A stretch of DNA of 64,000 bases. Origin: Caldisphaera sp. GTDB lineage: Archaea; Thermoproteota; Thermoprotei_A; Sulfolobales; Acidilobaceae. The position numbers were made by a program, and so were the translations under genes. Numbering within the stretch: the first letter of the stretch is position 1; each line of letters opens with the position of its first letter. Under the pieces are notes generated by a model. It worked only from the letters and a program-made list of their open reading frames with translations, had not been told where the DNA came from and did no database searches. Below are positions 20,652 to 30,462 of the stretch, in pieces. Where the stretch lies: assembly GCA_049971805.1 (NCBI GenBank), contig JBMFKU010000001.1, positions 1 through 64,000 of the forward strand, in the 5' to 3' direction.

Positions 20652-21917
20652 TTAAGGTATTTTTGCCCTTTCAAATTCTTGACCTGCATTAATAGGTTTT
20701 GTGGCATCTATTCCCATCTTTGAGGTTAATCCATCAATAGAGCTTGGGTCTAAACTTGATCCTCTGGCATTATTAATAACGATAAGGTCTTTATTTGCTT
20801 GAAAACGCGTGGCTATAGCCCACTCGACATCATTTGGATCATCAATATTGATGTCTTTATCGACTACAACTACATGCTTTAGGCTTGGATGTGCAGCAAA
20901 TGCTGCTAAAATTGCATTTTTAGCATCTCCATTATGATTTTTATCAATTGATATTATGGCATGTAGCCATCCTCCACTTGCAAAAGTCAGTTTAACACCA
21001 TATACTTTGGGTACGACCTTTGAAACGCTTTCATAAATGGTTGCTTCCCTTGGAAATCCCATTAACATTGCGTGCTCAAATCCTCCTGGTAATATAATGT
21101 GAGATGTTTCATCTTTTTTATAATATACTTTTTTAGCAAATAAAATAGGTTGTTTTCTAATAATATCATAGCCCCCCATAGCCTCTACGAAAGGCCCTTC
21201 ATCGACCAATCTTGATGTTAAATAACCTTCTATTATATAGGCGCTTCCGTATGGAATAGGGTTATTATGAACTGGTGATTTATATAGTTCCAAAGAACCA
21301 AGTAAATTAGCAGCTGCATTTATCTCATAATATCCTAAGGGAGGAGAGGTTGCCGATGCCAAGATTATTGCTGGATGTACCCCAACAACAACTGTAACTG
21401 GTAGATCTACGCCTTTTCTTTTGGCTTCATTATAAAGATAATAAAGATGCCTTGGGACTAGTCTTATCACAGCTTCTTTTTCATTCAATAGCATTATTCT
21501 GTGTATGCTTGCATTACAAATATTATTAAAGCAGGAAATTATTATGGAGCTAGTTAAATAGTATCCTCCATCTTTTTCATAAAATTTTACAAATGGTAGT
21601 GATTTTAAACCATTACTTGTTTCGAATAAATTAGGAGAACCAATTATGTTTGCTTTGGAATTTGTAGTAAAAGAGTTTAATAATTTGTAATATGCCTCTT
21701 CAAGATTAATTGAATTTAATGCTTTTAACATTTTTTCTCTGGTGTCTACAATGTTTCCAGAGGATGTTAATTCAGAATCCTTTACGCCAAAAACCTGTGC
21801 ATGCAGTTTACCTTGGCTTTCTTTTAATAATCTAGAAACTTCATACTCTCTGGCAAGGGCTTCTTTATGATATTCAAATTTGATTTCATCTAAGAACTTA
21901 ATTAATGATCCATCCAA
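20652..21917 (-). CDS. UbiD-family decarboxylase (likely anhydromevalonate phosphate decarboxylase)
   Basis: NASIHR, RHL, EGPFVE, VVVDKDI, EWAIATR, GSSLDPS, KMGIDATKP; AcnX pair also present in window. Confidence 0.88.
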   Translation of the reverse strand: MDGSLIKFLDEIKFEYHKEALAREYEVSRLLKESQGKLHAQVFGVKDSELTSSGNIVDTREKMLKALNSINLEEAYYKLLNSFTTNSKANIIGSPNLFETSNGLKSLPFVKFYEKDGGYYLTSSIIISCFNNICNASIHRIMLLNEKEAVIRLVPRHLYYLYNEAKRKGVDLPVTVVVGVHPAIILASATSPPLGYYEINAAANLLGSLELYKSPVHNNPIPYGSAYIIEGYLTSRLVDEGPFVEAMGGYDIIRKQPILFAKKVYYKKDETSHIILPGGFEHAMLMGFPREATIYESVSKVVPKVYGVKLTFASGGWLHAIISIDKNHNGDAKNAILAAFAAHPSLKHVVVVDKDINIDDPNDVEWAIATRFQANKDLIVINNARGSSLDPSSIDGLTSKMGIDATKPINAGQEFERAKIP

Positions 21918-22531
21918 GCACTGCTCCCCTTTAATGCAATAGCCATAGCCGATCTTATGTCTTTATCTTTAAAAAATTTAAACAAAGGGATTTTAGGTAT
22001 AACCCTGGCAACCTCATCCTCTCGTATCACTTTATAAGGTAAACCATTCTTTAGTAAAGAAATGCTTGCTTCACTCCAGCCATCGCCTGATCCAAGCAAG
22101 ATTTCTTTCTTTTTGTAATCAATTTTTGATACATCATGATAAATTTTATTTCCAATTTTGTTGCAAGGTATTTTTCCTAAATCTATTATTATATCATCTA
22201 CTATTACAACATATCCGCAAGTTTTTCCAGGATCTATCCCGACTATTGTAAAATTAAATTTATCATCTGGGTATGATATTGCTTTATTTAATGCTTTTTC
22301 CGGATCTTCCTCATAAATTACTTTTTTAATTCCATTTAAAAGAGGATAATAAATATCAAATTCTGGAGTGTTTTTTAATGGGGAAATAATAACATCATAA
22401 TTTATAATATTTTTATTAAAATCATTTATTATATTAATTCCCTGTCTATTTAATAATTCTTTCTTTTCCTTTATTATTTTAATTGCCTCGTAGTCTCCTC
22501 TGAGACATATTATTGTTTTTTCTATCGAAAT
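21902..22531 (-). CDS. RNase H-fold (RuvC/YqgF-like) protein, ~209 aa, apparent ATT start; the ORF track shows only the last 65 aa
   Basis: Frame open from 22555 to the stop at 21902 with no ATG/GTG/TTG before 22099; GGAGGTG at 22542-22536 precedes ATT at 22531; motifs IVGIDPGKTCGYVV, VIREDE, DKDIRSAMAIA. Confidence 0.75.
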   Translation of the reverse strand: MSIEKTIICLRGDYEAIKIIKEKKELLNRQGINIINDFNKNIINYDVIISPLKNTPEFDIYYPLLNGIKKVIYEEDPEKALNKAISYPDDKFNFTIVGIDPGKTCGYVVIVDDIIIDLGKIPCNKIGNKIYHDVSKIDYKKKEILLGSGDGWSEASISLLKNGLPYKVIREDEVARVIPKIPLFKFFKDKDIRSAMAIALKGSSAWMDH

Positions 22532-22577
22532 TGTGCACCTCCTTTCTTTTCTTAATTATAAAAGTTAATTAACTTTT

Positions 22578-23534
22578 TTAAAAACTTGAGAATTTTTTTA
22601 TTTGTTCAGGAGGATTTAAAGCAATACTTGCAGCCCCATATAATACTTGGTCATCTCCAAATGAGGATCTTTCAATTTTTGGAACCCCTAATGCACTATA
22701 ATAAGGTATGTTTTTAATCAGAGAAGGTCTTATTATGTCTTCGTTATATAGATAAATGCTTCCTCCTATATATATTGATTCGGGATCGTATGCTGCAATA
22801 ATAGTTGATATTCCTGCAGAGTGTATTTTATTAATATATTCAACAAGAGAAATTGCAAATTCATCATTTTCTCTTGCTAAAGCATATAGCTTTTCTGGTG
22901 TTAAATTATCTTGGATTGCTAAATTATATGCTTTTGTTTTTTTCTCTTTCCAAAACTTTGCATAGTTTAATGCTGTTCTATGTATGTTTTTACCACCAGC
23001 ATATGCCTCCCAATGCCCGATAGCCCCACAGCCACAAATTTCATTCGATTCAAAATTTATTACGGCATGGCCTAACTCGTGGGAATTACCTCTTCTTCCT
23101 ACCAATAAATTTCCATCAACTATGGCCCCCACTCCTATACCAGTACTTATAGTTATATAGACAATATCGTTACTTTCTTTTCCTTTCCCAAGAATTTTTT
23201 CTGCCCATACTGCTGCCATAGCGTCATTGCTAATGTACACTTTTTTGTTAAACTTTTTAACTAGGGGTTCTTTTAAAGGCAAATTCCTAAGACCCAAGTT
23301 GGGTGCGATTTCTATTATACCTTTTCTTAAATTTAATGGGCCTATAGAACCGATTCCAATAGATTCAAAATCATTATCAGGAGATATCGTTTCTATCGAA
23401 TTTATTATGCTTAATGAAAGCGATTGCGGTGAATCTTTAGGGGTATTTTTCTTGATTTCATCTATTTTTTTCTCATCTTCAAATAATGCTACCCTAAGAT
23501 TTGTAGCACCAATATCAACTGCTATTATTTTCAT
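22578..23534 (-). CDS. glk: ROK-family glucokinase
   Basis: VDIGATNLR, NDAMAA, ISTGIGVG, ELGH, CGCG..GHWE. Confidence 0.9.
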   Translation of the reverse strand: MKIIAVDIGATNLRVALFEDEKKIDEIKKNTPKDSPQSLSLSIINSIETISPDNDFESIGIGSIGPLNLRKGIIEIAPNLGLRNLPLKEPLVKKFNKKVYISNDAMAAVWAEKILGKGKESNDIVYITISTGIGVGAIVDGNLLVGRRGNSHELGHAVINFESNEICGCGAIGHWEAYAGGKNIHRTALNYAKFWKEKKTKAYNLAIQDNLTPEKLYALARENDEFAISLVEYINKIHSAGISTIIAAYDPESIYIGGSIYLYNEDIIRPSLIKNIPYYSALGVPKIERSSFGDDQVLYGAASIALNPPEQIKKFSSF

Positions 23535-23665
23535 TTTAAATTCCCTTTAATATTAATTTTGATGTAGATAAAATAATTTTCGGAATATTAACTAAAAGTA
23601 TATATTTGAGATTATAAAAATTTAAGTATTCAGTTATGAATACATAATGGTGGTAAAAAAAGGGA

Positions 23666-25645
23666 GTGAGCAATATGGAAAGTATAGAAGAAGGTAAAGA
23701 GGAAGTTGTCTTAATACCGCCTTATGTTAAATACTTATCAGAATTGGCAAAAAAAGATCCGATAGCATTTTGGGAAAAAATTGCTGAGGAAAATACGCAG
23801 TTTATATATTGGAAGAAGAAGTGGGAAAAAACATTTGAATGGGGTAAAAATGGTGAACCGTATAAATGGTTTATTGGGGGAATAACAAACACCGAGTATA
23901 GCCATATTGATTATCAAATTGATAAGGGTTACAGCAATAAAGCAATTTATATTTATGAAAATCCTGAAATTGGTTTAACAAAAACATATACATTTGCTCA
24001 GTATAAAAGCATAGTAGACAAAGTAGCGGCTGCAATGAGAGGAATGGGCATAAAGAAAGGAGATAGAGTGCTTACATATATGCCAACTAGACCTGAATCA
24101 GTTGCGGTTCTTCATGCAGCTGCAAGAATAGGGGCTATCCATTCATCAGTTTATGCTGGATTTTCTGCTGGGGCATTAAGAGATAGAATTGATGGCGTTG
24201 AATCGGAGTGGATTTTCACTCAAGACTATAATTTGAGGAGGGGAAAACTTTCAAATCTAAAGGCAACAGTTGATGATGCAATTAATGGTGCTAAAACTAA
24301 GATAAAAAGGGTTGTTTTGTTAAAGTCTGGTTATTCACAAAACGATGTTAATATGGTAAAAGGAAGAGATATCTATTTTGATGAATTTTTAGACTATTCA
24401 AAAGACGGAACAAGTGAAGTTGAGTGGATGGAATCAAATGAACCAGTATTTATAACACCCACATCTGGTACAACAGCAAAACCAAAGCCAGTTGTACATA
24501 AACATGGTCCTTTCCAAAATCATGCAGTAACTATGGCTAGATGGATCTATGATTTAAAACCAACTGATGTTTGGTTTATTACAAGTGATGTTGGATGGCA
24601 GGCAGGGATAAGCTATATGGTTTGGGGGATTCCTATATTTGGTATACCAAGCATTTTATATGATGGAGTACCTGATTATCCAAGACCTGATATGTGGTGG
24701 GAGGTTGTTGAAAGGAATAGAATAACAAAGATCTGGTTTTCTCCAACAGCAATTAGATTACTAATGAAATATGGTACAAGCTATGCTAAAAAGCATGATT
24801 TATCAAGCTTAGAGGTGATATTTAGTGCTGGAGAACCATTAAATCCTGCCCCATTGAAATGGCTTATGTATGATGTTCTAGAAGGAAGAGTTCCTGTTAT
24901 TGATCATTATTGGCAAACAGAAACAGCAGGTCCAGTAGTAGGGTATACATATGGTATAAAAATGATGCCCATTAAAATTGGAAGCGCTGGAATTCCATTA
25001 CCAGGAATTTTAGGAGAGATAGTTAATGAAGATACAGGAAATCCAACAAAGCCAGGAGAAAAGGGGGTATTAGTAATAAAGCATCCATTTCCAGGATTTA
25101 CTTCTGAATTATGGAAAGATCAAGATCGTTACTGGAAGTCTTATTGGGAAGCAAGGCCAAATCTAAAGGGAGTAATATATTCTGGAGATGCAGCATATGT
25201 AGATAAGGACGGATATATTTGGTTCCTTGGTAGAGCAGATGATGTAATTAAAATATCAGCTCATAGAATAGGTACCTTTGAACTAGAAAGCGCATTAGTA
25301 TCTCATCCAGCAGTTGCCGAAGCAGCAGTAATAGGAGTGCCTGATCCAGTAAGAGGAGAAGTTGCGATGGGATTTGTTACTTTGAAAGAGGGATATAAAC
25401 CAAGTAATGAGTTGAAAAAAGAATTAGTTGAGCATGTAAGAAAAGAATTCGGACCTATAGCAGTATTTCAAGGAATTGAAATAGTTAGATCTCTACCTAA
25501 AACAAGAAGCGGTAAGATAATGAGAAGAGTTATAAAGGCTGTTTATTTAAACCAATCTTTAGGAGATGTTTCTACACTAGAAGATGAAGCATCAGTAGAG
25601 GAGGTCAAAAAAGCAATAGAAGAATTCAAAAAGACAATATCTTAA
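23666..25645 (+). CDS. Acetate/acyl-CoA ligase (AMP-forming), divergent paralog
   Basis: TSGTTAKPK, DHYWQTET, GRADDV, HRIG, LPKTRSGKIMRR. Confidence 0.9.
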   Translation: MSNMESIEEGKEEVVLIPPYVKYLSELAKKDPIAFWEKIAEENTQFIYWKKKWEKTFEWGKNGEPYKWFIGGITNTEYSHIDYQIDKGYSNKAIYIYENPEIGLTKTYTFAQYKSIVDKVAAAMRGMGIKKGDRVLTYMPTRPESVAVLHAAARIGAIHSSVYAGFSAGALRDRIDGVESEWIFTQDYNLRRGKLSNLKATVDDAINGAKTKIKRVVLLKSGYSQNDVNMVKGRDIYFDEFLDYSKDGTSEVEWMESNEPVFITPTSGTTAKPKPVVHKHGPFQNHAVTMARWIYDLKPTDVWFITSDVGWQAGISYMVWGIPIFGIPSILYDGVPDYPRPDMWWEVVERNRITKIWFSPTAIRLLMKYGTSYAKKHDLSSLEVIFSAGEPLNPAPLKWLMYDVLEGRVPVIDHYWQTETAGPVVGYTYGIKMMPIKIGSAGIPLPGILGEIVNEDTGNPTKPGEKGVLVIKHPFPGFTSELWKDQDRYWKSYWEARPNLKGVIYSGDAAYVDKDGYIWFLGRADDVIKISAHRIGTFELESALVSHPAVAEAAVIGVPDPVRGEVAMGFVTLKEGYKPSNELKKELVEHVRKEFGPIAVFQGIEIVRSLPKTRSGKIMRRVIKAVYLNQSLGDVSTLEDEASVEEVKKAIEEFKKTIS

Positions 25646-25795
25646 ATTTTATATGAACAATCTTTAAAAGAAAGTTATTTTTTATAAATTTTCTTTTAAA
25701 TTATTTTTAAATTTTTAGAAATATGCTTTAGATTAAAATAGGTTATAAGTTAATTATTTTAACATTATTTAAAAAAGATAAATAGGGTTAGAGAA

Positions 25796-26314
25796 TTGAA
25801 GTCCAAGAAAGATTATTTAGAAGGCGAGGCTAACAAAGAAATCAAGTTACGTCCAATAGGAACTGTTATTACTGAGTATAGCGATGATATTATAAGAAAC
25901 TCTCTTAGAGGAGTTTTAGGCAAAATAATTATTTTTGATGAGTATAAAGAAGGCCTATGTTGTTTAAAGGATTTTTCTCATATAATAGCTATAGGATATG
26001 CTAATAAATCAAAACAAGGGTCAGAATCAACATTAAAAGTTAGATTAAGGAAGATTGAAAGATTATATAATTTAGAAACACCAGAAGTAGGAGTATTTGC
26101 TTCAGGATCTCCAGATAGGCCGAATTTGCTTATTATAAGCATATTAAAATTAATGGATATTAAAGAAAATGTATTGGAAGTTGATAATCTAGACATGTAT
26201 AATGGAACACCTATTCTAGACATAAGACCTTTTACTTTAGAGAGAATGCCAATTGGTAAAATAGAGGTTCCTGATTGGTATAAAAAAATTTGGGAATCTC
26301 ATCTCTCTAAATAG
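25796..26314 (+). CDS. TsaA/TrmO-family SAM-binding protein
   Basis: LRPIG, GVFASGSPDRPN, LDMYNGTPILDIRP. Confidence 0.82.
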   Translation: MKSKKDYLEGEANKEIKLRPIGTVITEYSDDIIRNSLRGVLGKIIIFDEYKEGLCCLKDFSHIIAIGYANKSKQGSESTLKVRLRKIERLYNLETPEVGVFASGSPDRPNLLIISILKLMDIKENVLEVDNLDMYNGTPILDIRPFTLERMPIGKIEVPDWYKKIWESHLSK

Positions 26315-26327
26315 CATAATTTATTTT

Positions 26328-27440
26328 TTATCCATGAGTTAGTGACAATGGCATAGGCTCCTTTGACGGTTTTACTATTAAGATCAAGAATACTATTGCT
26401 AAAACAACGAATAGAAATGATATATGCATATCGATTGGCCAAATTAATGCGGCAGCAAAAATTAAAATATATGGAAATAATGAATACCTTCTGGCTGAAG
26501 TCCATCTTAATATAACTGGTAGCATAAGTGGGGCATGAATAAATATGTGAATCCCAACAAAACCAATTATTAATATATGAATAAAATCTAGCAATGTAAT
26601 GATATTATAATAAAATAGAATAGATGAGGCTAATAAAATTAATGAATATAGCGCTGAGATTTCCTGCCCATAAAGCATATATAAAGTTCCTGCCTTTGCA
26701 TAAATGTTTGTTGTACTAGTTGCAAGATTACTATATTTTTTATGTTTAAAAATATTTATCGATAAATAGAAAACAATTACTGATATAGAATATAAAATAA
26801 CAGAGATTTTAAAATAATATTGGTAGATTAATGTTGAGATAGTCTGCAATATGAAAAGTAAATAAACCAAAATTGTATTTGGTTTGTCTTTAAAGGTATT
26901 GGGAAATGAATGTATGGTTACTGCATAAATTGCTGAAATTGCGTAAACAAATATAAATCCAATGGCTAATTGAAATATGCTTTTTGATAAATTAAGTAGT
27001 AAAAATATTGATGATAAAATACCTGTATAACCAATTAATGCAACTGATAATCTAATATCCCCTTTTGGTTTAGTTGCTGTTATAAAATTTACTATTCCAG
27101 AATAAAATAGTGAAACTATTAATAATATTATTTTGTTTGTAACTATGGCAGTTATGCTTAGAATTAAAATAAGAAATACCGAAGAGATTTGCAAAATTAG
27201 TATTGTAGATGCAAACTTATCACTCGGCTTTAAAGAAGATGAAGAATAAGAAGCAGCTACACCGGAAATAAATATTGGCAAAAATGATATAAGCATTATT
27301 TTTGCATGAATTAAACCTAAGCCTTTGGTAACTAAATATAATGAAACTATTAGAGCTATTAATGAAATGTATACCATGACCATACTTGATTGGTGAACTA
27401 TTTTCATTATATTACTGTATTTTATTTTCATACCAATCAC
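26328..27440 (-). CDS. Polytopic membrane protein with conserved-looking His residues
   Basis: Many hydrophobic helices; HAKIML, HSFP, HILIIGF..IHIFIHAP. Confidence 0.7.
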   Translation of the reverse strand: MIGMKIKYSNIMKIVHQSSMVMVYISLIALIVSLYLVTKGLGLIHAKIMLISFLPIFISGVAASYSSSSLKPSDKFASTILILQISSVFLILILSITAIVTNKIILLIVSLFYSGIVNFITATKPKGDIRLSVALIGYTGILSSIFLLLNLSKSIFQLAIGFIFVYAISAIYAVTIHSFPNTFKDKPNTILVYLLFILQTISTLIYQYYFKISVILYSISVIVFYLSINIFKHKKYSNLATSTTNIYAKAGTLYMLYGQEISALYSLILLASSILFYYNIITLLDFIHILIIGFVGIHIFIHAPLMLPVILRWTSARRYSLFPYILIFAAALIWPIDMHISFLFVVLAIVFLILIVKPSKEPMPLSLTHG

Positions 27441-27944
27441 AAACTTGAAATAATAAACTATCTATTTAAGCTTTTCTTTAATTCCAAATTAACCATTGTC
27501 GATAGTTTTCAATAGGTCATGAAGTTTATATTATTTGATATCATTTTATTGTTTCTAATCCTTTCTTAACAGCATTACTTATAAACTTTACAGATAAAAA
27601 TAAATTAAAGAGTGTCATAATGAAGCCGATGAGCAATACGAAGTTGAGAAAGGTACTTAATGAAGCTTCCCATGTCATCGAGGGGAGCTAGTCTCGTAAA
27701 CAGCATGGGGAGGAAAATAAGGTGTGGGGATGAGAATTGATATCAAATATTATGAAACACTATGAAAGTTCTACAACCTTATCGTTTATACCCTAAGTTA
27801 GATTATAATGAAATAATTAATATTAAAGTGTATACAAAATAAATAATTATTAATTTTTAAAATTATTTTAATAAAATTTATTAACCCTTTAAAAAACTTA
27901 ATTAAATTGTTTAGAAGTTAAAAGATAAAGGTATTGGTGAAAAT

Positions 27945-28976
27945 ATGAAGATTAAGGTAATAGGGGCAGGATTTGCTGGATTATGGACATCACTATTTCT
28001 ATTAAAAAAAGGATATAATGTCGAATTATATGAGCAAAGCTATCCCGGTTACGGGGCTTCCAGTAAGGCTGCAGGAATCTTATCATTTCAAATACCTCTT
28101 CAAATAATGGATTATGCTATTAGATCTGCTAAACTCTATGAAGAATTAAATCATAATCTTTTAAAATGGAAGGAATCTATTTGGATACCAAAAAAAGAAG
28201 AATTTAGTTGTGCCTTAAAAATTTCTGATTACTTATTAAAAAAAGGCTTTAAAGGGAAAATTGTTGAAAAAGAATTTAATTCTTTTAAAATTAGTGAAAA
28301 GGCAATAATAATTGAACAGGCTGTAATAGATTCTGGTATGGCAGTAAACGAGTTAGCAAATAAAATAGTTGAATTGGGAGGGAATATAATTGGATCAAGG
28401 TTTACAAAAGATAAAATAATCGATGAAAAAAATAATGTTTTAGTTTTGGCTAATGGTTCTTGGATAAAAGAATTGATATATATAAATGGTTTAATAAATT
28501 ATAAATGCCAAGCATATGATGTAGAAGGAAAGCAAATTGACAATATAATTGAAGACGACATAAAGGAATATTACTATGTACCAGAATCAAATAATAGAGC
28601 AATTATTGGAAATGGAAAAAGAGTTTTGTTAAAAAAGCCAGAAGATGGATATATAAGCAATATATATGATGCCTATCGCATATTAGAAAAAATTTCTAGT
28701 AATTATAATAATGCCCTTGATATGTATCCAGTTTCATCTTGGTCCGCTCCTTGTATCACATCTAACGATGGATTTCCATTAGTAGGAAAAATAAATGAAA
28801 ATAAATATATAATAACGGCTTTAAATGGGGCAGGTTTGACTCTCTCTGCAAGCCTTGCTGAATTATTAGCTGATATTATAGAGGGTAAAAAAGAGCAGCC
28901 TCTGATCTTTAATCCATTAAGATTTAAAGACAATAATCACTATGAAATTAAGGAAGTATTTGAAAATATATGCTAA
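27945..28976 (+). CDS. FAD-dependent oxidoreductase (DAO/glycine oxidase family)
   Basis: VIGAGFAG, GASSKAAG, DGFPLVG, NGAGLT. Confidence 0.88.
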   Translation: MKIKVIGAGFAGLWTSLFLLKKGYNVELYEQSYPGYGASSKAAGILSFQIPLQIMDYAIRSAKLYEELNHNLLKWKESIWIPKKEEFSCALKISDYLLKKGFKGKIVEKEFNSFKISEKAIIIEQAVIDSGMAVNELANKIVELGGNIIGSRFTKDKIIDEKNNVLVLANGSWIKELIYINGLINYKCQAYDVEGKQIDNIIEDDIKEYYYVPESNNRAIIGNGKRVLLKKPEDGYISNIYDAYRILEKISSNYNNALDMYPVSSWSAPCITSNDGFPLVGKINENKYIITALNGAGLTLSASLAELLADIIEGKKEQPLIFNPLRFKDNNHYEIKEVFENIC

Positions 28977-29064
28977 TTTGTAAGAAATATAAAAATTAAT
29001 TAAAAAGAGTTGTGTAATTTAAAGTTTAATAACTTTAAAAAGCATAAATAATAGGGTATCAATT

Positions 29065-29376
29065 TTGCCAAGAAGAAATGGATTCGATTCTATAATTGCT
29101 GAAAGTGTTGCGAAAATAGCTAGCGGAATCGAAGATCCTGAAGAATTCAGTTCAAACATATTATCAAATCATGTTATAGAATCTATTAAAAAAGTTGGAA
29201 TGAATTTAAGGACAACAAGAGATGGTATAAATATTTGTTATTTTTGTCAAAAAGGGCCGTTTACTAAGAAAGGCTATTATTTACATCTGATGCGTTCTCA
29301 TTATCAGAGCTTAATTGATCTTGTTGAACAGGAGTCTGAAAGGATAGCTTCAATATCGAAAGATGTTGAGTTTTAA
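29065..29376 (+). CDS. C2H2 zinc-finger protein
   Basis: CYFCQKGPFTKKGYYLHLMRSH. Confidence 0.75.
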   Translation: MPRRNGFDSIIAESVAKIASGIEDPEEFSSNILSNHVIESIKKVGMNLRTTRDGINICYFCQKGPFTKKGYYLHLMRSHYQSLIDLVEQESERIASISKDVEF

Positions 29377-29842
29377 TTATTCTCCTATCCCTATCGGTTT
29401 CTAAAATAACAAGCTCGATATCATCGCTTGCCTTTAATGGACCATCATATATATAAATATCGTCTGTAATGTCTGTCCATTCAATATCGTTATCCTTTAA
29501 CACAAAATACGCTTCATTACTCGCCTTGAATTTATCCTTTCTAATTATTCCAACTCTCAATAGCTTAGAAGGTAAGTTATACAATAGCCTAGTGTTTCTA
29601 TCTTTAATGCCATCAGCTAATACATATTTTGTTTCAAGAGACTCTATCGTTACTATAAAGAATTCACTTTTTCTTTTCTTATTTTTTTCCTCACCTATCT
29701 TATATAATGTATTTAATGGATCTCCTTTTGATTCCATTTCTTCCGTGTCAATTATTTTCATTATTTCAAAAGACAAGTCTTTTAAATCCAAGATTTCTCT
29801 TTTAAACCAATTTACAGTTATCTTTAGTTTTTGATCGCTCAT
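29264..29842 (-). CDS. Hypothetical protein
   Basis: 192-aa ORF with ATG and protein-like composition; 3' end overlaps the convergent zinc-finger gene by 113 nt. Confidence 0.65.
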   Translation of the reverse strand: MSDQKLKITVNWFKREILDLKDLSFEIMKIIDTEEMESKGDPLNTLYKIGEEKNKKRKSEFFIVTIESLETKYVLADGIKDRNTRLLYNLPSKLLRVGIIRKDKFKASNEAYFVLKDNDIEWTDITDDIYIYDGPLKASDDIELVILETDRDRRIIKTQHLSILKLSFQTPVQQDQLSSDNENASDVNNSLS

Positions 29843-29937
29843 TTTTGATTAACCCTCTTATTATTAGTATTTGAAAATTTAAATATGAAACGGCTCTTCT
29901 TTATAAGAAAAGTAAAATGATATGGTAAATTAAGCAA

Positions 29938-30213
29938 CAAACCTCGTCTTTTAATCGGGGTAAAGCCTTTAAGGTTTGTTTTAAAAATAATTAGATAAGC
30001 AATAGCCATAAAGGGTATTCTTCACAGGGAAGTGAAGTAAGCCTCTACTCGTTATCAAATTAAAAAAGGAGGGTGAGATTTCTTCCTTAGGTCAAATAAA
30101 AATGAGGAGTTGGAGTAACTTTACTTCCACATAGGGAGGAATCAAGTATCATAAAGGGAAGTAACCTTTAAGACCTTAGGAACCCTTGCTCTTCAAGGCA
30201 GGATAGAGGTCAG
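29938..30213 (+). mobile_element. Non-autonomous IS607-derived element (MITE/omegaRNA-like), full copy A
   Basis: Left hairpin acctcg..cggggt, AT-rich promoter block, ~200-nt core shared with 38801 and 52657, right end ccttgctcttcaaggcagg...gtcag. Confidence 0.75.
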
Positions 30214-30462
30214 AGTAGACTATTCATAATAATGCTATGCCATGCATTTCATTAGCACAAGGTTAACTAAAGTCGTAAATTTTTTTAAGGAATTTGTTAA
30301 TAATATTTTGTTGTTAAAACTGTTTAAAGTTAATTGTATAACCATGCTATAAAGATCATGATTTGCTGTTAGTTATTAATTCCCACTTTAAATCTTATTA
30401 AATAACTACAGTTTATTATATATTCCCTCGTGCACATATGTATTCAGTTGGTGAAGATATAT

